Part shown: positions 27,859-37,322 of the stretch, in pieces
Layout: the number at the start of each line of letters is the position of its first letter
How positions within the stretch are numbered: the stretch's first letter is position 1
From: an uncultured Nitrososphaerales archaeon
GTDB lineage: Archaea; Thermoproteota; Nitrososphaeria; Nitrososphaerales; Gagatemarchaeaceae
DNA length: 64,000 nucleotides
Reading direction: 5' to 3'
Assembly (NCBI GenBank): GCA_963706445.1
Contig: OY970160.1
Span: 1,312,001 to 1,376,000 of the forward strand
The notes under the pieces: generated by a model
Told to the model about the DNA's origin: nothing
What the model saw: only the letters and a program-made list of their open reading frames with translations
The model's database searches: none
Position numbers and translations under genes: made by a program

Positions 27859-29343
27859 CTAGGCAGCGACTACGTCCAGTGGCTTGAACTTTTCCACGGT
27901 CTCGGCCAGCTCCCTTCCGAGGCGCTTCTGCCACTCGGCGAACCCCTTCGGCGATTCTGGGTAGGCCAGGTTAATCTCGACCAGGGCGGCGCTCTTCTTC
28001 ACGGTGTACCTGAGCCCCCTCGCCAGGGAGAACTGTCCCAGGACCCTGAACCACATCGCCGGGTTCATGAAACGAGCCTGGTTGAACTCAGGGTGCTTAC
28101 GCTCAGTTATGGCCGTGACGTCCTCCTCCGACAGGAAGTGCTTCATGCCGTAGTTGATCTGCTCGTTCGTCACCGTCTGCAGGTAGCGCCTGAGGACCTC
28201 GAAGCTCGCCATGGGGTAGCCGTGGGTGTTCATGTACTCCACGTTGTACTTCCAGAGCCCCGCCTCGCTGGCGTCCCTGGCCTCCAGGGCATCCGCGACG
28301 ACCTTCCCGAGTATCGTCCCCCCATATATGGAAGGGCTGATCCCTCCGGCGTCGATGGGCCTGGGCATCCAGGCCGAATCTCCCACCACCGCAAACCCGT
28401 TGGCGACCATGCAGTCGTTGTGGCGGCGGACCGGGACCTGCCAGTTCCCCTTGGTGTTCCCCGAGTCGGCGTCGTCGTTGGGCTGGGAGTAGTTCTTGAT
28501 GACGGGATTGTCGGCGAGGTACTTGTCTATCAGGCTCTGGAGGTTGTCGTTCAGGCGGAACCTCCTGTTCCGCCTGGCTAGCCCTGAGTGCGAGACCCCC
28601 AGGCCGATATTGACCTTCTTCTTCCCCTTCGGGAAGACCCAGGCGTACCCTGCGGGGGCTATGAACTGGTCGAGGTGGATGATGCAGTAGTCGGGGGCGA
28701 AGAACGCGGGCTGGTCGGAGGCGGGCTCGAAGTCCAGGATGTACCTCCCCGTCCCCACGACATCGTCGGGGTCGATCTCCTTCTCGATCATGGAGGGGAT
28801 CGGCATGAACCTCCTGAGGGTGGACGACGAACCGGTGGCGTCTATGGTGATCTTCGCGGTGATGCTGAAGGTCGACCCGTCTGACTTCCTCCCAGTAACC
28901 CCCGTGATCCACCCGTCGGTGGATAGGAGCCTCTCGGCGGTAGCGCCGTACATGAACTTGGTCCCGTACTTTTTGGCGTCGCTTACCTGCCTGCGAGGAG
29001 CGAGCTTCCTGTTGAACAGATATCCCTCCCCCTCGAACAGTACCTTGGACTTCCTGTCCGGGGAGTAGACGTAGACCCCGCTGACCGGGTGCTCGAGCTC
29101 AGGAGAACCGTACCTTATCCCGATGTGGTCGGCGAGGTAATCTAGAGACCTCTTGCTGGTCGCGTCCCCGCAGGTCCAGCCGTTGTTGGTCTTCCGGCCC
29201 GGCTCGTCTTCTTTGTTCCTGTCGACGATGAGGACCCGGGCCTTCCCCTTCGAGTGGTATCCGATGGAAGCGGCCGTTATGAGGCCCGCCATGCCTCCGC
29301 CGGCGATGACTACGTCAAAGTCGGGGTCTGACTTCTGGCCCAT
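27859..29343 (-). CDS. Geranylgeranyl reductase family (DGGGPL reductase-like)
   Basis: GGGMAG, CGDA, DATG, PAGYAWVFP, VGDSA…P..AGGI. Confidence 0.88.
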   Translation of the reverse strand: MGQKSDPDFDVVIAGGGMAGLITAASIGYHSKGKARVLIVDRNKEDEPGRKTNNGWTCGDATSKRSLDYLADHIGIRYGSPELEHPVSGVYVYSPDRKSKVLFEGEGYLFNRKLAPRRQVSDAKKYGTKFMYGATAERLLSTDGWITGVTGRKSDGSTFSITAKITIDATGSSSTLRRFMPIPSMIEKEIDPDDVVGTGRYILDFEPASDQPAFFAPDYCIIHLDQFIAPAGYAWVFPKGKKKVNIGLGVSHSGLARRNRRFRLNDNLQSLIDKYLADNPVIKNYSQPNDDADSGNTKGNWQVPVRRHNDCMVANGFAVVGDSAWMPRPIDAGGISPSIYGGTILGKVVADALEARDASEAGLWKYNVEYMNTHGYPMASFEVLRRYLQTVTNEQINYGMKHFLSEEDVTAITERKHPEFNQARFMNPAMWFRVLGQFSLARGLRYTVKKSAALVEINLAYPESPKGFAEWQKRLGRELAETVEKFKPLDVVAA

Positions 29344-29461
29344 TTGCTCCTGTGCTCTTGGTGGAGGGGTCAGGTGGTCGGGATATAGGTATAGCCCGAA
29401 CAGAACATGGATAAAAACAGAAAGAAGGCCGCCCGGCCTGGGCCGAGCTGCCTGGGGGTGT

Positions 29462-30103
29462 CTATTCGCTGGTGAAGATGGACTGGCCCGTGCTGTTCGG
29501 CACTTCTGGGAGGTTGTCCGCCATGCGCTTCTCCGCGATGGCCGACGCCTCTGCCAGGATCTTGTTGGCTTCCTCGCTGTTCTCGGCCTGGTAGAATGTC
29601 GTGCCAGTTATCTGGCCGACGTCCACCATGATCGAGTTGAGCGTGGCTCCGATCTCTCCGAGCGCTCCCTGGGCATCTGGCATGGCCTCGCCGAGGGTGG
29701 CACGGACGTTCTTAATCACCCCGATGGCCGGGGCGATGGTGGCTGCGAAGTCTCCGATGTCTGTGACCGTCTGCAGTCGCGTTGTGATCTGCTCTAGGGC
29801 GATCTTCGACGACGTGACGATCTTCTGCATCTTGCGGACTTCGGCGAGCTCGTTGGAGTAGGCCTTGCTGGATTCCTGGTCGTGTGCCTGTACGGCAGTC
29901 ACGGTCTTCTTGAAGATGGAGCTTTCGCGTTGCTTCAGCCGGTTCATCGCCTGGTCCAGGCGGTTGATCTCCCCAGTAAGCTGCTGGGTCGCCTTCTGGA
30001 CCTGTGGGCGTATCGGCTTTGGGCCGCGGACTGTGTCGCGGACCTGCTTCCCGAAGGGCTCCGTCTCCTGAGCCTTCCATCCTTTCTCGAACTTGCTGCT
30101 CAT
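29462..30103 (-). CDS. cdvB: ESCRT-III / CdvB-like (Snf7) protein
   Basis: Helical coiled coil with AYSNELAEVRK…ALEQ…RLQTV…GD…P, and EEA.KIL.EA…LP C-terminus. Confidence 0.85.
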   Translation of the reverse strand: MSSKFEKGWKAQETEPFGKQVRDTVRGPKPIRPQVQKATQQLTGEINRLDQAMNRLKQRESSIFKKTVTAVQAHDQESSKAYSNELAEVRKMQKIVTSSKIALEQITTRLQTVTDIGDFAATIAPAIGVIKNVRATLGEAMPDAQGALGEIGATLNSIMVDVGQITGTTFYQAENSEEANKILAEASAIAEKRMADNLPEVPNSTGQSIFTSE

Positions 30104-30222
30104 CGTGATATCCGACATGATACCCACAGAGCCGGACATGACTGACTGAGGCAAGAACGATTGACATTCTGCTTAACGAAATACACTATGATAGGCGATA
30201 AGGAAAAACGGGGAGAGCCCCT

Positions 30223-30591
30223 CTATTCGACTTTGTAGCGCTTGGCCAGCTTCACCATCAGGAAGATGACGAAGGCGACGACTAGGAATGTGATCAGCGC
30301 GTTCGCGAAGTCACCGACTCCGAACGGACCGGCCATGTATGTGTTGATGTTGGTTCCAGCGGGAAGAGCGTACGACAGGATGGGGAGGACGAGGTCTGAT
30401 ACAAGCGCCTTCACCAGGCCGCCCAGGTATATCGCAAATACGAACGCCACAGCCAGAGCGAGGACCTTGTACTGCGACAGGAAGGCCTTGAACTCGGCGA
30501 TGAGTCCCTTGGTGGGGGGTGGCGGCGGAGGATGTTCGAGGAGCTCTCTTATTTTTCGAAGTTCTGCCAGCATTTCCTCGTTGGAGGACAT
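30223..30591 (-). CDS. mscL: Large-conductance mechanosensitive channel MscL (atypical architecture)
   Basis: EFKAFL…LAVA…LV.DL..P; G.F..ALI.FL.VAFVIF. Confidence 0.9.
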   Translation of the reverse strand: MSSNEEMLAELRKIRELLEHPPPPPPTKGLIAEFKAFLSQYKVLALAVAFVFAIYLGGLVKALVSDLVLPILSYALPAGTNINTYMAGPFGVGDFANALITFLVVAFVIFLMVKLAKRYKVE

Positions 30592-30680
30592 GCGGCGCCT
30601 TTCGGAACTGGCGATATAAGACTTCGAAAGTCCATGTCAGAGTTAATTCCTGTTCTCGCCGGGCATTTGGTAGAATAGAA

Positions 30681-31619
30681 TTGGCTGGCAAGGTGCAGTC
30701 GGATTTGGCGAGAGGGTACCTCTATGCCATACTGGGTTCGCTCTGCGGAGGCTCGGTCCCGACCCTCGCGAAGGTCGCTCTAGAACACAACGGGCCTGTC
30801 GTGATCACCGGGCTGTCTTTCCTCATCTCCGGCTTCATCCTCCTGCTGAACCAGCCGAAGAGGAAGCCCGAGCCAGGGAGCATGAGATACCTCGTCTTCT
30901 TCGGGATAGTGGGGGCGGCCGTCGCGCCTCTGATGTACACCTTCGGCCTGAACGAGACCACTGCGGTGAACGCGTCACTCCTCGCCAACGGGGAGGTCCT
31001 GTTCACCACGATAATCGCGTTCTCGGTCTTCGGGGAGAGGCTGCGCCGGGGTCAGATCTTAAGGGGCCTGCTCATTGTAGTGGGGCTCGTGGTTGTCTCC
31101 ACAAACCTCGACCTGGCCAACCTTGCGTTCCTGCAGGGGCTCGCCGGGAACCTCCTCGTGCTTGGGGCGACGGTGGGGTGGTCGGTGGAGAACAACCTGA
31201 TCGTCATGGCCACAAAGAGGTTCGACACCTCGCTGATCAGCAAGTTCAGGAACCTGATAGGGGGCGGCATCGTGACTGCATTCGCCCTTGTCGCCATGCT
31301 CCCGCTGCAGTTGTCCTACTCGGATGCGCTTGTCCTAGTACTCCTAGCTCTGGCACTCTCGGGCGGGACCTATCTGTTCATCGCGGCGGTAAAGCGCCTC
31401 GGCGCCATCAGGATGCTCCTGGTCTGGTCGACGTCCACTGTCTTCGGGGCTGTGTTCGCTCTGATATTTCTCGGCGAAGAGATTACCTTGGCTCAAATCT
31501 TCGGGGGAGTCGTGATACTCCTTGGGGTCTACCTGTTCCACCGGGGAGAGAAGGCTCATGAAGCGGAACCGTTCGCGCCGCCGGCCGGGGCCGTTGCGAA
31601 ACAGGACATTGGTCGTTAA
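30681..31619 (+). CDS. DMT/EamA family transporter
   Basis: Ten TM helices in two EamA repeats (FGERL, LGEEIT). Confidence 0.9.
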   Translation: MAGKVQSDLARGYLYAILGSLCGGSVPTLAKVALEHNGPVVITGLSFLISGFILLLNQPKRKPEPGSMRYLVFFGIVGAAVAPLMYTFGLNETTAVNASLLANGEVLFTTIIAFSVFGERLRRGQILRGLLIVVGLVVVSTNLDLANLAFLQGLAGNLLVLGATVGWSVENNLIVMATKRFDTSLISKFRNLIGGGIVTAFALVAMLPLQLSYSDALVLVLLALALSGGTYLFIAAVKRLGAIRMLLVWSTSTVFGAVFALIFLGEEITLAQIFGGVVILLGVYLFHRGEKAHEAEPFAPPAGAVAKQDIGR

Positions 31620-31725
31620 AAGGGAAATCCAGCTCGACTGCCGTTGCCCGAGGGCCTTGCTTGGCCACCGAACAAGGAAGACCTTGAGAAACTATACATC
31701 GCCGACAAGCTTTCGGCCGCGAGAG

Positions 31726-32844
31726 CTATCTATCGCACTCAACAGGCCAATAATTCATTCCCCAATAGATGACGGGGATGTCGGCAACGTGGACGTTCCT
31801 CAACAGGTAGGGGAGCACCCTGAGGTTCTTCATGGATGGGACCCCGATCTTCAGCCTGTAGGGCCTGGGGGACCCGTCGCTGATTATGTGGTATGACATC
31901 TCCCCCCGGGCGGCCTCGGTCCGCGAGTACACCTCCCCTGCGGGAACCCTGGGCTGGGGCCCGAGCTTCAGGCGCACAGTCCCAGGCGGCAGCTTCTTCA
32001 GTGCCTGCCTGATTATCTTCACAGACTCCCTCATGTCGAGCAATGCGACGTAGGCTCTCGCCCAGGAGTCCCCCTGGGTCAGGACGGGGGTCTTGAACTC
32101 GAAATCCTCGTATGAGCTGTAGGGCTCGTCCTTCCTGACGTCGAATGTCAGCCCCGACGCCCTGGCGACGGTCCCGGTCGCCCCCAATGCGATGGCGTCC
32201 TCCCTGGAAAGGACCCCCACCCGGTCCGAGCGCTGGTGGACCATGGGGTTCTGGAAGAATATCTTCTCGTACTCGTCCATCCTCTTTTCGAACCAGTCGC
32301 AGGTCTTGAGCCCCTTGTCTATGGCATACTGGGGGATGTCGTTCCTAACCCCGCCGGGGATCACGTATGCGAAGGTGACCCTGGCGCCTCCGATCCTTTC
32401 GGCGAAGTCTATCCAAAAGTCCCTGTCCCCCATGCACCAGGTGATCATGGTGGTGTGACCCATGAAGTACCCCTGGATGGCGAGGAAGTACATGTGGGAG
32501 ATTATGCGGTTGGCCTCGGACATTATCACGCGGAGGTACTGACCGCGGGGAGGGATCTTGTTGTTCATCAGCTCGTCCACGCCCAACGAGTAGGCGAAGA
32601 GTATGTTCGAGCTGTCGAGGATTACCGGTCTCTCCAGGTGAGGGACGTTCTGGATGTAGTTCCTGTATTCGCTCATCTTCTCCTCCCCGCGGTGGACATA
32701 GCCCGGGTCCGGCTCGGACCTGACGACGTAGTCCCCGTCGAGCCAGAGCTTGATCCTGAAGTGGCCTGCTCCGGGGTGCTGGGGGCCCAGGGACACGGAC
32801 ATTATACGTTCCGAGTCTGGCGAGTATTCTGAGACGGCTGTCAT
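31726..32844 (-). CDS. nuoD: NADH-quinone oxidoreductase subunit D
   Basis: GPQHPG.GH, GYVHRG.EK, PGGVR.D, EAARGE; no Ni-binding CxxC pairs. Confidence 0.95.
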   Translation of the reverse strand: MTAVSEYSPDSERIMSVSLGPQHPGAGHFRIKLWLDGDYVVRSEPDPGYVHRGEEKMSEYRNYIQNVPHLERPVILDSSNILFAYSLGVDELMNNKIPPRGQYLRVIMSEANRIISHMYFLAIQGYFMGHTTMITWCMGDRDFWIDFAERIGGARVTFAYVIPGGVRNDIPQYAIDKGLKTCDWFEKRMDEYEKIFFQNPMVHQRSDRVGVLSREDAIALGATGTVARASGLTFDVRKDEPYSSYEDFEFKTPVLTQGDSWARAYVALLDMRESVKIIRQALKKLPPGTVRLKLGPQPRVPAGEVYSRTEAARGEMSYHIISDGSPRPYRLKIGVPSMKNLRVLPYLLRNVHVADIPVIYWGMNYWPVECDR

Positions 32845-32848
32845 GCTG

Positions 32849-33451
32849 TCATCTCCCTGGCGAGACGTAGTCCTTGCGGAGAGGGGGTAAGTCGTTCCAG
32901 TCTTCGGGGAGGAATATGTGGCTCTGGTCGGGGTGCCCCTGGAAGTTGATCCCGAACATCTCGTGGGTCTCCCGCTCGGAGTATTCCGCTCCTCTCCAGA
33001 CGTCGATAAGTGTGGGGACCACCGGGTTCTCCCTGGGGATGCGCTCGGAGACCGCGAGTATGAAGTCCTCCTGGCCGGGGATGGACGAGCCGACGAAGTA
33101 GACGACCTCGAGCTCGTTCTTGGCGATCCAGTCGACCCCGCTGACGGTGCTGATGTGGTCGAAGCCGAGGGAGTCCCTCACGAACAGGCCGAGCTCCTTG
33201 ATCCTCGTCTGGGTCGTGGTCACCTTGAGGCGGCGCTCCTTCATCCATTCGATTTTGGCGTCGGGGAAGCGCGAGGAGATCTGTGCGGCGAATGCCTTCG
33301 CCCGTACCGGTTCTGGTTTCGGCGGAGTCGGGGTCGCCTGCACCGGGGGTGCGGCCGCAGGTTTCTGTGGGGGAAGCGGGGCTGTGGCTGGCTGTGCGGG
33401 TGCGGCTGGCTTTGGAGGAGCTGTTGGCCCGGGAGCCTCTGTCTTGCTCAT
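32849..33451 (-). CDS. nuoC: NADH-quinone oxidoreductase subunit C (Pro/Ala-rich N-terminus)
   Basis: ERETHEMFGI.F.GHP…PLRKDY. Confidence 0.95.
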   Translation of the reverse strand: MSKTEAPGPTAPPKPAAPAQPATAPLPPQKPAAAPPVQATPTPPKPEPVRAKAFAAQISSRFPDAKIEWMKERRLKVTTTQTRIKELGLFVRDSLGFDHISTVSGVDWIAKNELEVVYFVGSSIPGQEDFILAVSERIPRENPVVPTLIDVWRGAEYSERETHEMFGINFQGHPDQSHIFLPEDWNDLPPLRKDYVSPGR

Positions 33452-33458
33452 CAGGTTG

Positions 33459-33986
33459 TCACCGGCCGCTGAGCGTCGGCATCTTGCGGATCTTTTCCTG
33501 GAGAAGCACCAGACCCTGGATGAGGGCCTCGGCCCGCGGGGGGCAGCCGGGGACGTAGACGTCGACGGGTATTATGTCGTCGATGCCGCGGAGGACGTTG
33601 TAAGAGTCGAAGTAGAGCCCCCCAGTGATGGAGCAGGCGCCCATGGCGATTACCCACTTCGGCTCGGCCATCTGGTCGTAGATGAGCTTCAGCCTCGGGG
33701 CGAGTTTGCGGGTGACAGTCCCCATGACAATGATCAGGTCGCAGGCGCGGAGGGAGCCGAACGCCTCCAATGTTCCGAAGCGCTCGATGTCGAACCTGGA
33801 GCCGGCGGCCGCCCCAACCTCGACGCTGCAGCAGGCCGTCTCAAGGTGGACAGGCCAGAGCGAGTAGAGGCGTCCCCAGTTGGCGAGGTAGCGCATGGGG
33901 TCCCCGATGGCGTACTGGAGGACGTCATCGATCTTCCCGACGAGGACCTGGAAGGCGCCGTCCTTCTGCTGCTGGGCGACTACCAA
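33459..33986 (-). CDS. nuoB: NADH-quinone oxidoreductase subunit B
   Basis: TACC.VE, MGAC, PVDVYVPGCPP. Confidence 0.97.
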   Translation of the reverse strand: MVVAQQQKDGAFQVLVGKIDDVLQYAIGDPMRYLANWGRLYSLWPVHLETACCSVEVGAAAGSRFDIERFGTLEAFGSLRACDLIIVMGTVTRKLAPRLKLIYDQMAEPKWVIAMGACSITGGLYFDSYNVLRGIDDIIPVDVYVPGCPPRAEALIQGLVLLQEKIRKMPTLSGR

Positions 33987-34360
33987 ATCTCACGCCTCCC
34001 GGCTAACACTAGTGCAAAGGCCATGGGGATGAAGAGCATCCCGATGAAGAGGGTGACGATCCAGTCGGAGGCGAGGCCCAGGGCCGCGGGCTTGTAGGCG
34101 GCTGCCCAGGCGTAGAGGAACATGCCGAGAACGTCGAAGACTATGAACATCAGGAGGTAGGCGTAGTACTGCATCATGAAGTGCATCTTCCCGGCCCCCC
34201 GGGGGACCTGGCCGCTCTCGAAGGGGAGGTTCTTGATGGGGTTGGGGCGCTTGGGACCGAAGAGGATCGGAAGCAGGACGGTCGGCACAGTGAAGGCTAC
34301 TCCCACCAGGGCCATGATGAAAACCATCCCGATGTCCCCGAAGAGCATCTGAAACATCAC
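33980..34360 (-). CDS. nuoA: NADH-quinone oxidoreductase subunit A
   Basis: K..PFESG, YY…F..FDV, three TM helices. Confidence 0.95.
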   Translation of the reverse strand: MMFQMLFGDIGMVFIMALVGVAFTVPTVLLPILFGPKRPNPIKNLPFESGQVPRGAGKMHFMMQYYAYLLMFIVFDVLGMFLYAWAAAYKPAALGLASDWIVTLFIGMLFIPMAFALVLAGRREIW

Positions 34361-34422
34361 GACCCGTTTACGCTATTTAAGATTGGTGTCAAAATCTGAA
34401 ATGTGAGAAGAAACTAGAGGGT

Positions 34423-34848
34423 TCAGTCTCCGCCGTGGACTTCTTCCGCCTCCTCATTGAGGAAGCTCTGGAGGAGCTTCGCCTCCCGGAAGAAATCGCG
34501 GATAGAAAGGACCCCGAACAAGGTTCCGTCGTCGTTCTCCACCACAAGGTGGCGTATCCCGTTATCCATCATCAGGCGGACGGCCTTTGACGCCCGGTCC
34601 GAGCGCTTCACGCTGACGAGCTTCTTCGTGGCGATTGTGTCGAGCTGGGCGCTGAGCGCAGTCCCCTTGGCCACGGCCCTGACGACGTCTCTCTCCGAGA
34701 TTACGGCCTGGGCCTTCACCGGGCTGACCGAAGTGGCGACCACCAGGAGCCCAATCTTCTCCCTGGCGAACACCTCGGCGGCCTGGCGGATTGTGGCGCC
34801 CGGGCTAATCGTGACAGGGGTCTTCCGTATCAGGGCTTCGACCCTCAT
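34423..34848 (-). CDS. Stand-alone CBS-pair protein
   Basis: ISERD…, IRHLVV…GVLSIRD; ATGA overlap with citrate synthase. Confidence 0.92.
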   Translation of the reverse strand: MRVEALIRKTPVTISPGATIRQAAEVFAREKIGLLVVATSVSPVKAQAVISERDVVRAVAKGTALSAQLDTIATKKLVSVKRSDRASKAVRLMMDNGIRHLVVENDDGTLFGVLSIRDFFREAKLLQSFLNEEAEEVHGGD

Positions 34849-36089
34849 CCCTTCACGACCGGGGACGAGGTCCTCTTCTCGATTGGGATGTATTCGGCTC
34901 TGGTAGGACCGATGTACTCGGCCCTTGGCCTGATCAAGCGGTTGTCAGCGTACTGCTCGAGGATGTGGGCGAGCCAGCCGGGGGAGCGGCCCACGGCGAA
35001 GACAGGTGTGAAGAGGTAGCTTGGGATGCCGACGTGGTTGAGCGCCAGCCCGGAGTAGAGGTCGACGTTGGGGTACAGGTTCTTCCAGGTCTTCATCATC
35101 TCTTCGGTCTTCTCCAGGATCTGGAAGACGCGCTTCTCCTTCTCGCTCTTGATGAACTTGTGGGCCATTTCCTTCAGGACAGCGGCCCTGGGATCCATGG
35201 TCTTGTAGACCCTGTGCCCGAAGCCCATGACCTTCTGCCTCTTAGCGAGCATCGCGTCAAGATATGACTCGGCGTTCTCCGGGTTGCCTATCTCGATGGT
35301 CATCTCGATGACCTTTTCGTTTGCGCCTCCGTGGAGAGGCCCCTTCAGGGCCCCGACGGCGCCCGTCACAGCCGAGTAGACGTCGGATAGGGTCGAGGCG
35401 ATGACGCGGGCCGTGAACGTGGAGGCGTTCAGCTCGTGGTCGGCGTGGAGTATTAGCAGGGCGTCCATGATGCGGGCGTCCTCCTTCGATGGGACTGCGC
35501 CCGTCGTCATGTATAGCAGGTTGGCCGAGTAGCCCAGGTCGTCCCTGGGGGCGATGATCTCCTGGTTGTGCTTCAGCCTGTGGATGGCGGCGACGATGGT
35601 CCCGATCTTTGCCGCGATCGACTGGGCCTTTTCCTGCGGGGTGTACATCGGATCGTCGAAGATGCCAAGGGCGGCGGTCCCGACCCTCAGAGCGTCCATT
35701 CCGTCGCAATTGGCCGGGAGGCTCCGCATGATCGAAAGGACCCCTTCGGGGACGGCGCGCTTTGAATAGAGTTCAGAGCTGAATGCGTGGAGCTCCAATG
35801 CGGTCGGAAGATGCCCGTTCCAGAGCAGGAATGTGGTCTCCTCGTAGGTCGAATTGGGCGCCAAGTCGACTATGTCGTACCCGCGGTAGAGCAATCTGCC
35901 TTCCTGGCCGTCGATGAAGCAGATTGAGCTCTGGCCGGTGACGACGTCCTCTAGTCCCTTGGACTGCGTGACAAGCCGGTGAATCACCTGGTCGAGCGGC
36001 TCCCCCCACTTGGCGAGGGCGACGAGCTTCGCATGAGTGTCCTCGCTGACCTTCACGACCTTCGATGCTGACTGCTGCTGTTTTGCCAA
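34845..36089 (-). CDS. gltA: Citrate synthase with an N-terminal ribbon-helix-helix-like extension
   Basis: KGLEDV, HADHELNAST, GPLHGGANE, GFGHRVY, YPNVD, RPR. Confidence 0.95.
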   Translation of the reverse strand: MAKQQQSASKVVKVSEDTHAKLVALAKWGEPLDQVIHRLVTQSKGLEDVVTGQSSICFIDGQEGRLLYRGYDIVDLAPNSTYEETTFLLWNGHLPTALELHAFSSELYSKRAVPEGVLSIMRSLPANCDGMDALRVGTAALGIFDDPMYTPQEKAQSIAAKIGTIVAAIHRLKHNQEIIAPRDDLGYSANLLYMTTGAVPSKEDARIMDALLILHADHELNASTFTARVIASTLSDVYSAVTGAVGALKGPLHGGANEKVIEMTIEIGNPENAESYLDAMLAKRQKVMGFGHRVYKTMDPRAAVLKEMAHKFIKSEKEKRVFQILEKTEEMMKTWKNLYPNVDLYSGLALNHVGIPSYLFTPVFAVGRSPGWLAHILEQYADNRLIRPRAEYIGPTRAEYIPIEKRTSSPVVKG

Positions 36090-36311
36090 TCTGGTTGCCT
36101 AGGTATACTTGGGTTACTTAATATATGAACATTCGGTTCGGGGCTGACCCATTAGGGACGTTGCGTCCGTCGAATGATCAGTCTTGGATTGGCAGGACCC
36201 GGCGCGGACAGTCTTGTCTGAGCGGGTACTTTGTCGGGATCTGGCCATGAATTTCAATCGACAAGTAGAAAAGCGCGGTGAAGCGGCGGGACACCAACGG
36301 TCTCTAGTCAT

Positions 36312-37322
36312 TTGAAATTGGCTGTCGTCGGCGCGGGGGTCGCGGGGGCGTATCTGTTGAACCGGCTTCCCGCGGGAGTCGAAGCCGAGGCCTTCGAGAT
36401 GCGCACCGAGAAGAACTGGTACACGGTGTGCGCCTGGGGGACCAGCGAGCCGTTCATCAAAGACATGGTAAAGCAGGCGGGGTTCAACTTCGACGACTAT
36501 GTCCTGCACAGGGGAAAGAAGATGCTGGTGGACCTCGGGGACGAGGAGATCAGCATCAACCTCAGAGGGCTGGTAACCTACGACAAGCACAGGCTCACCG
36601 AGGACATGCTGAAGGGGAAGAAGGTACACTGGGGCGCTCAGATGAAGGAGGCCAACGGGAACTTTTCGGGGTTCGACACCGTCGTAGACGCGACGGGGCT
36701 GCAAAGGTCGCTGCTTCCAAAGGTCAAAGAGGACCTCGTCATCCCATCGCTCGAGTACCAGGTGAAGTCGAAGGAGCTCCCATACGACGACTTTGTGATT
36801 CGGCCGTACCCTGGGCTGACGGGGTATTGGTGGTGGTTCCCCCTCGGGGACGGGATGGGGCACGTGGGGGCAGGGGACCTCAGGGGGAGGTACCGCTACG
36901 AGCTCGACGAGTTCGTGAAGAAGTACCACTGCGAGGTCATCAGGAAGATAGGGAGGCCGGTGAGGGTCACGCCCCCCAGGCTCATGGAGCCATTCTTTGA
37001 CGGCAAGGTCGTCGGAGTTGGGGAGAGCATAGGCACGGTCTACCCGATGCTGGGAGAGGGGATCATACCGAGCATGCAGTGCGCGAACCTTTTCGTCGAC
37101 CACATCGGCGACAGGGAGGGGTACAGGAAGGCAGTCCTGGACCACTACGAAATCTACGGCAAGGTGTACGACTTTGTGAAGGCGAAGATCGATGGCACGT
37201 TCAGCCTGATGAGGATGTGGCCGACCCTGCTCTCCATCTTCTGGTACATGCGTGGGAACGAGAGGCGTTACGGGCTGCAGACGAAGATGTCCGATTTCTA
37301 CAAGATCGTGACGAGGCTGTAG
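36312..37322 (+). CDS. Geranylgeranyl reductase-like FAD-dependent oxidoreductase
   Basis: VGAGVAG, CAWG, VDATG, GYWWWFP, GESIG.V.P..GEGI. Confidence 0.85.
   Translation: MKLAVVGAGVAGAYLLNRLPAGVEAEAFEMRTEKNWYTVCAWGTSEPFIKDMVKQAGFNFDDYVLHRGKKMLVDLGDEEISINLRGLVTYDKHRLTEDMLKGKKVHWGAQMKEANGNFSGFDTVVDATGLQRSLLPKVKEDLVIPSLEYQVKSKELPYDDFVIRPYPGLTGYWWWFPLGDGMGHVGAGDLRGRYRYELDEFVKKYHCEVIRKIGRPVRVTPPRLMEPFFDGKVVGVGESIGTVYPMLGEGIIPSMQCANLFVDHIGDREGYRKAVLDHYEIYGKVYDFVKAKIDGTFSLMRMWPTLLSIFWYMRGNERRYGLQTKMSDFYKIVTRL

Noticed and set aside
33290-33440. Pro/Ala-rich repeats at the NuoC N-terminus and the S/T-rich tracts at 9.7-10 kb as DNA repeats
   Set aside because: Low-complexity protein linkers without nucleotide-level tandem periodicity
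31726-33986. Group 4 [NiFe]-hydrogenase interpretation of the nuoB/C/D genes
   Set aside because: The large subunit lacks both Ni-binding CxxC motifs (ERPVILD; WPVECDR) and NuoB has the tandem CC of complex I
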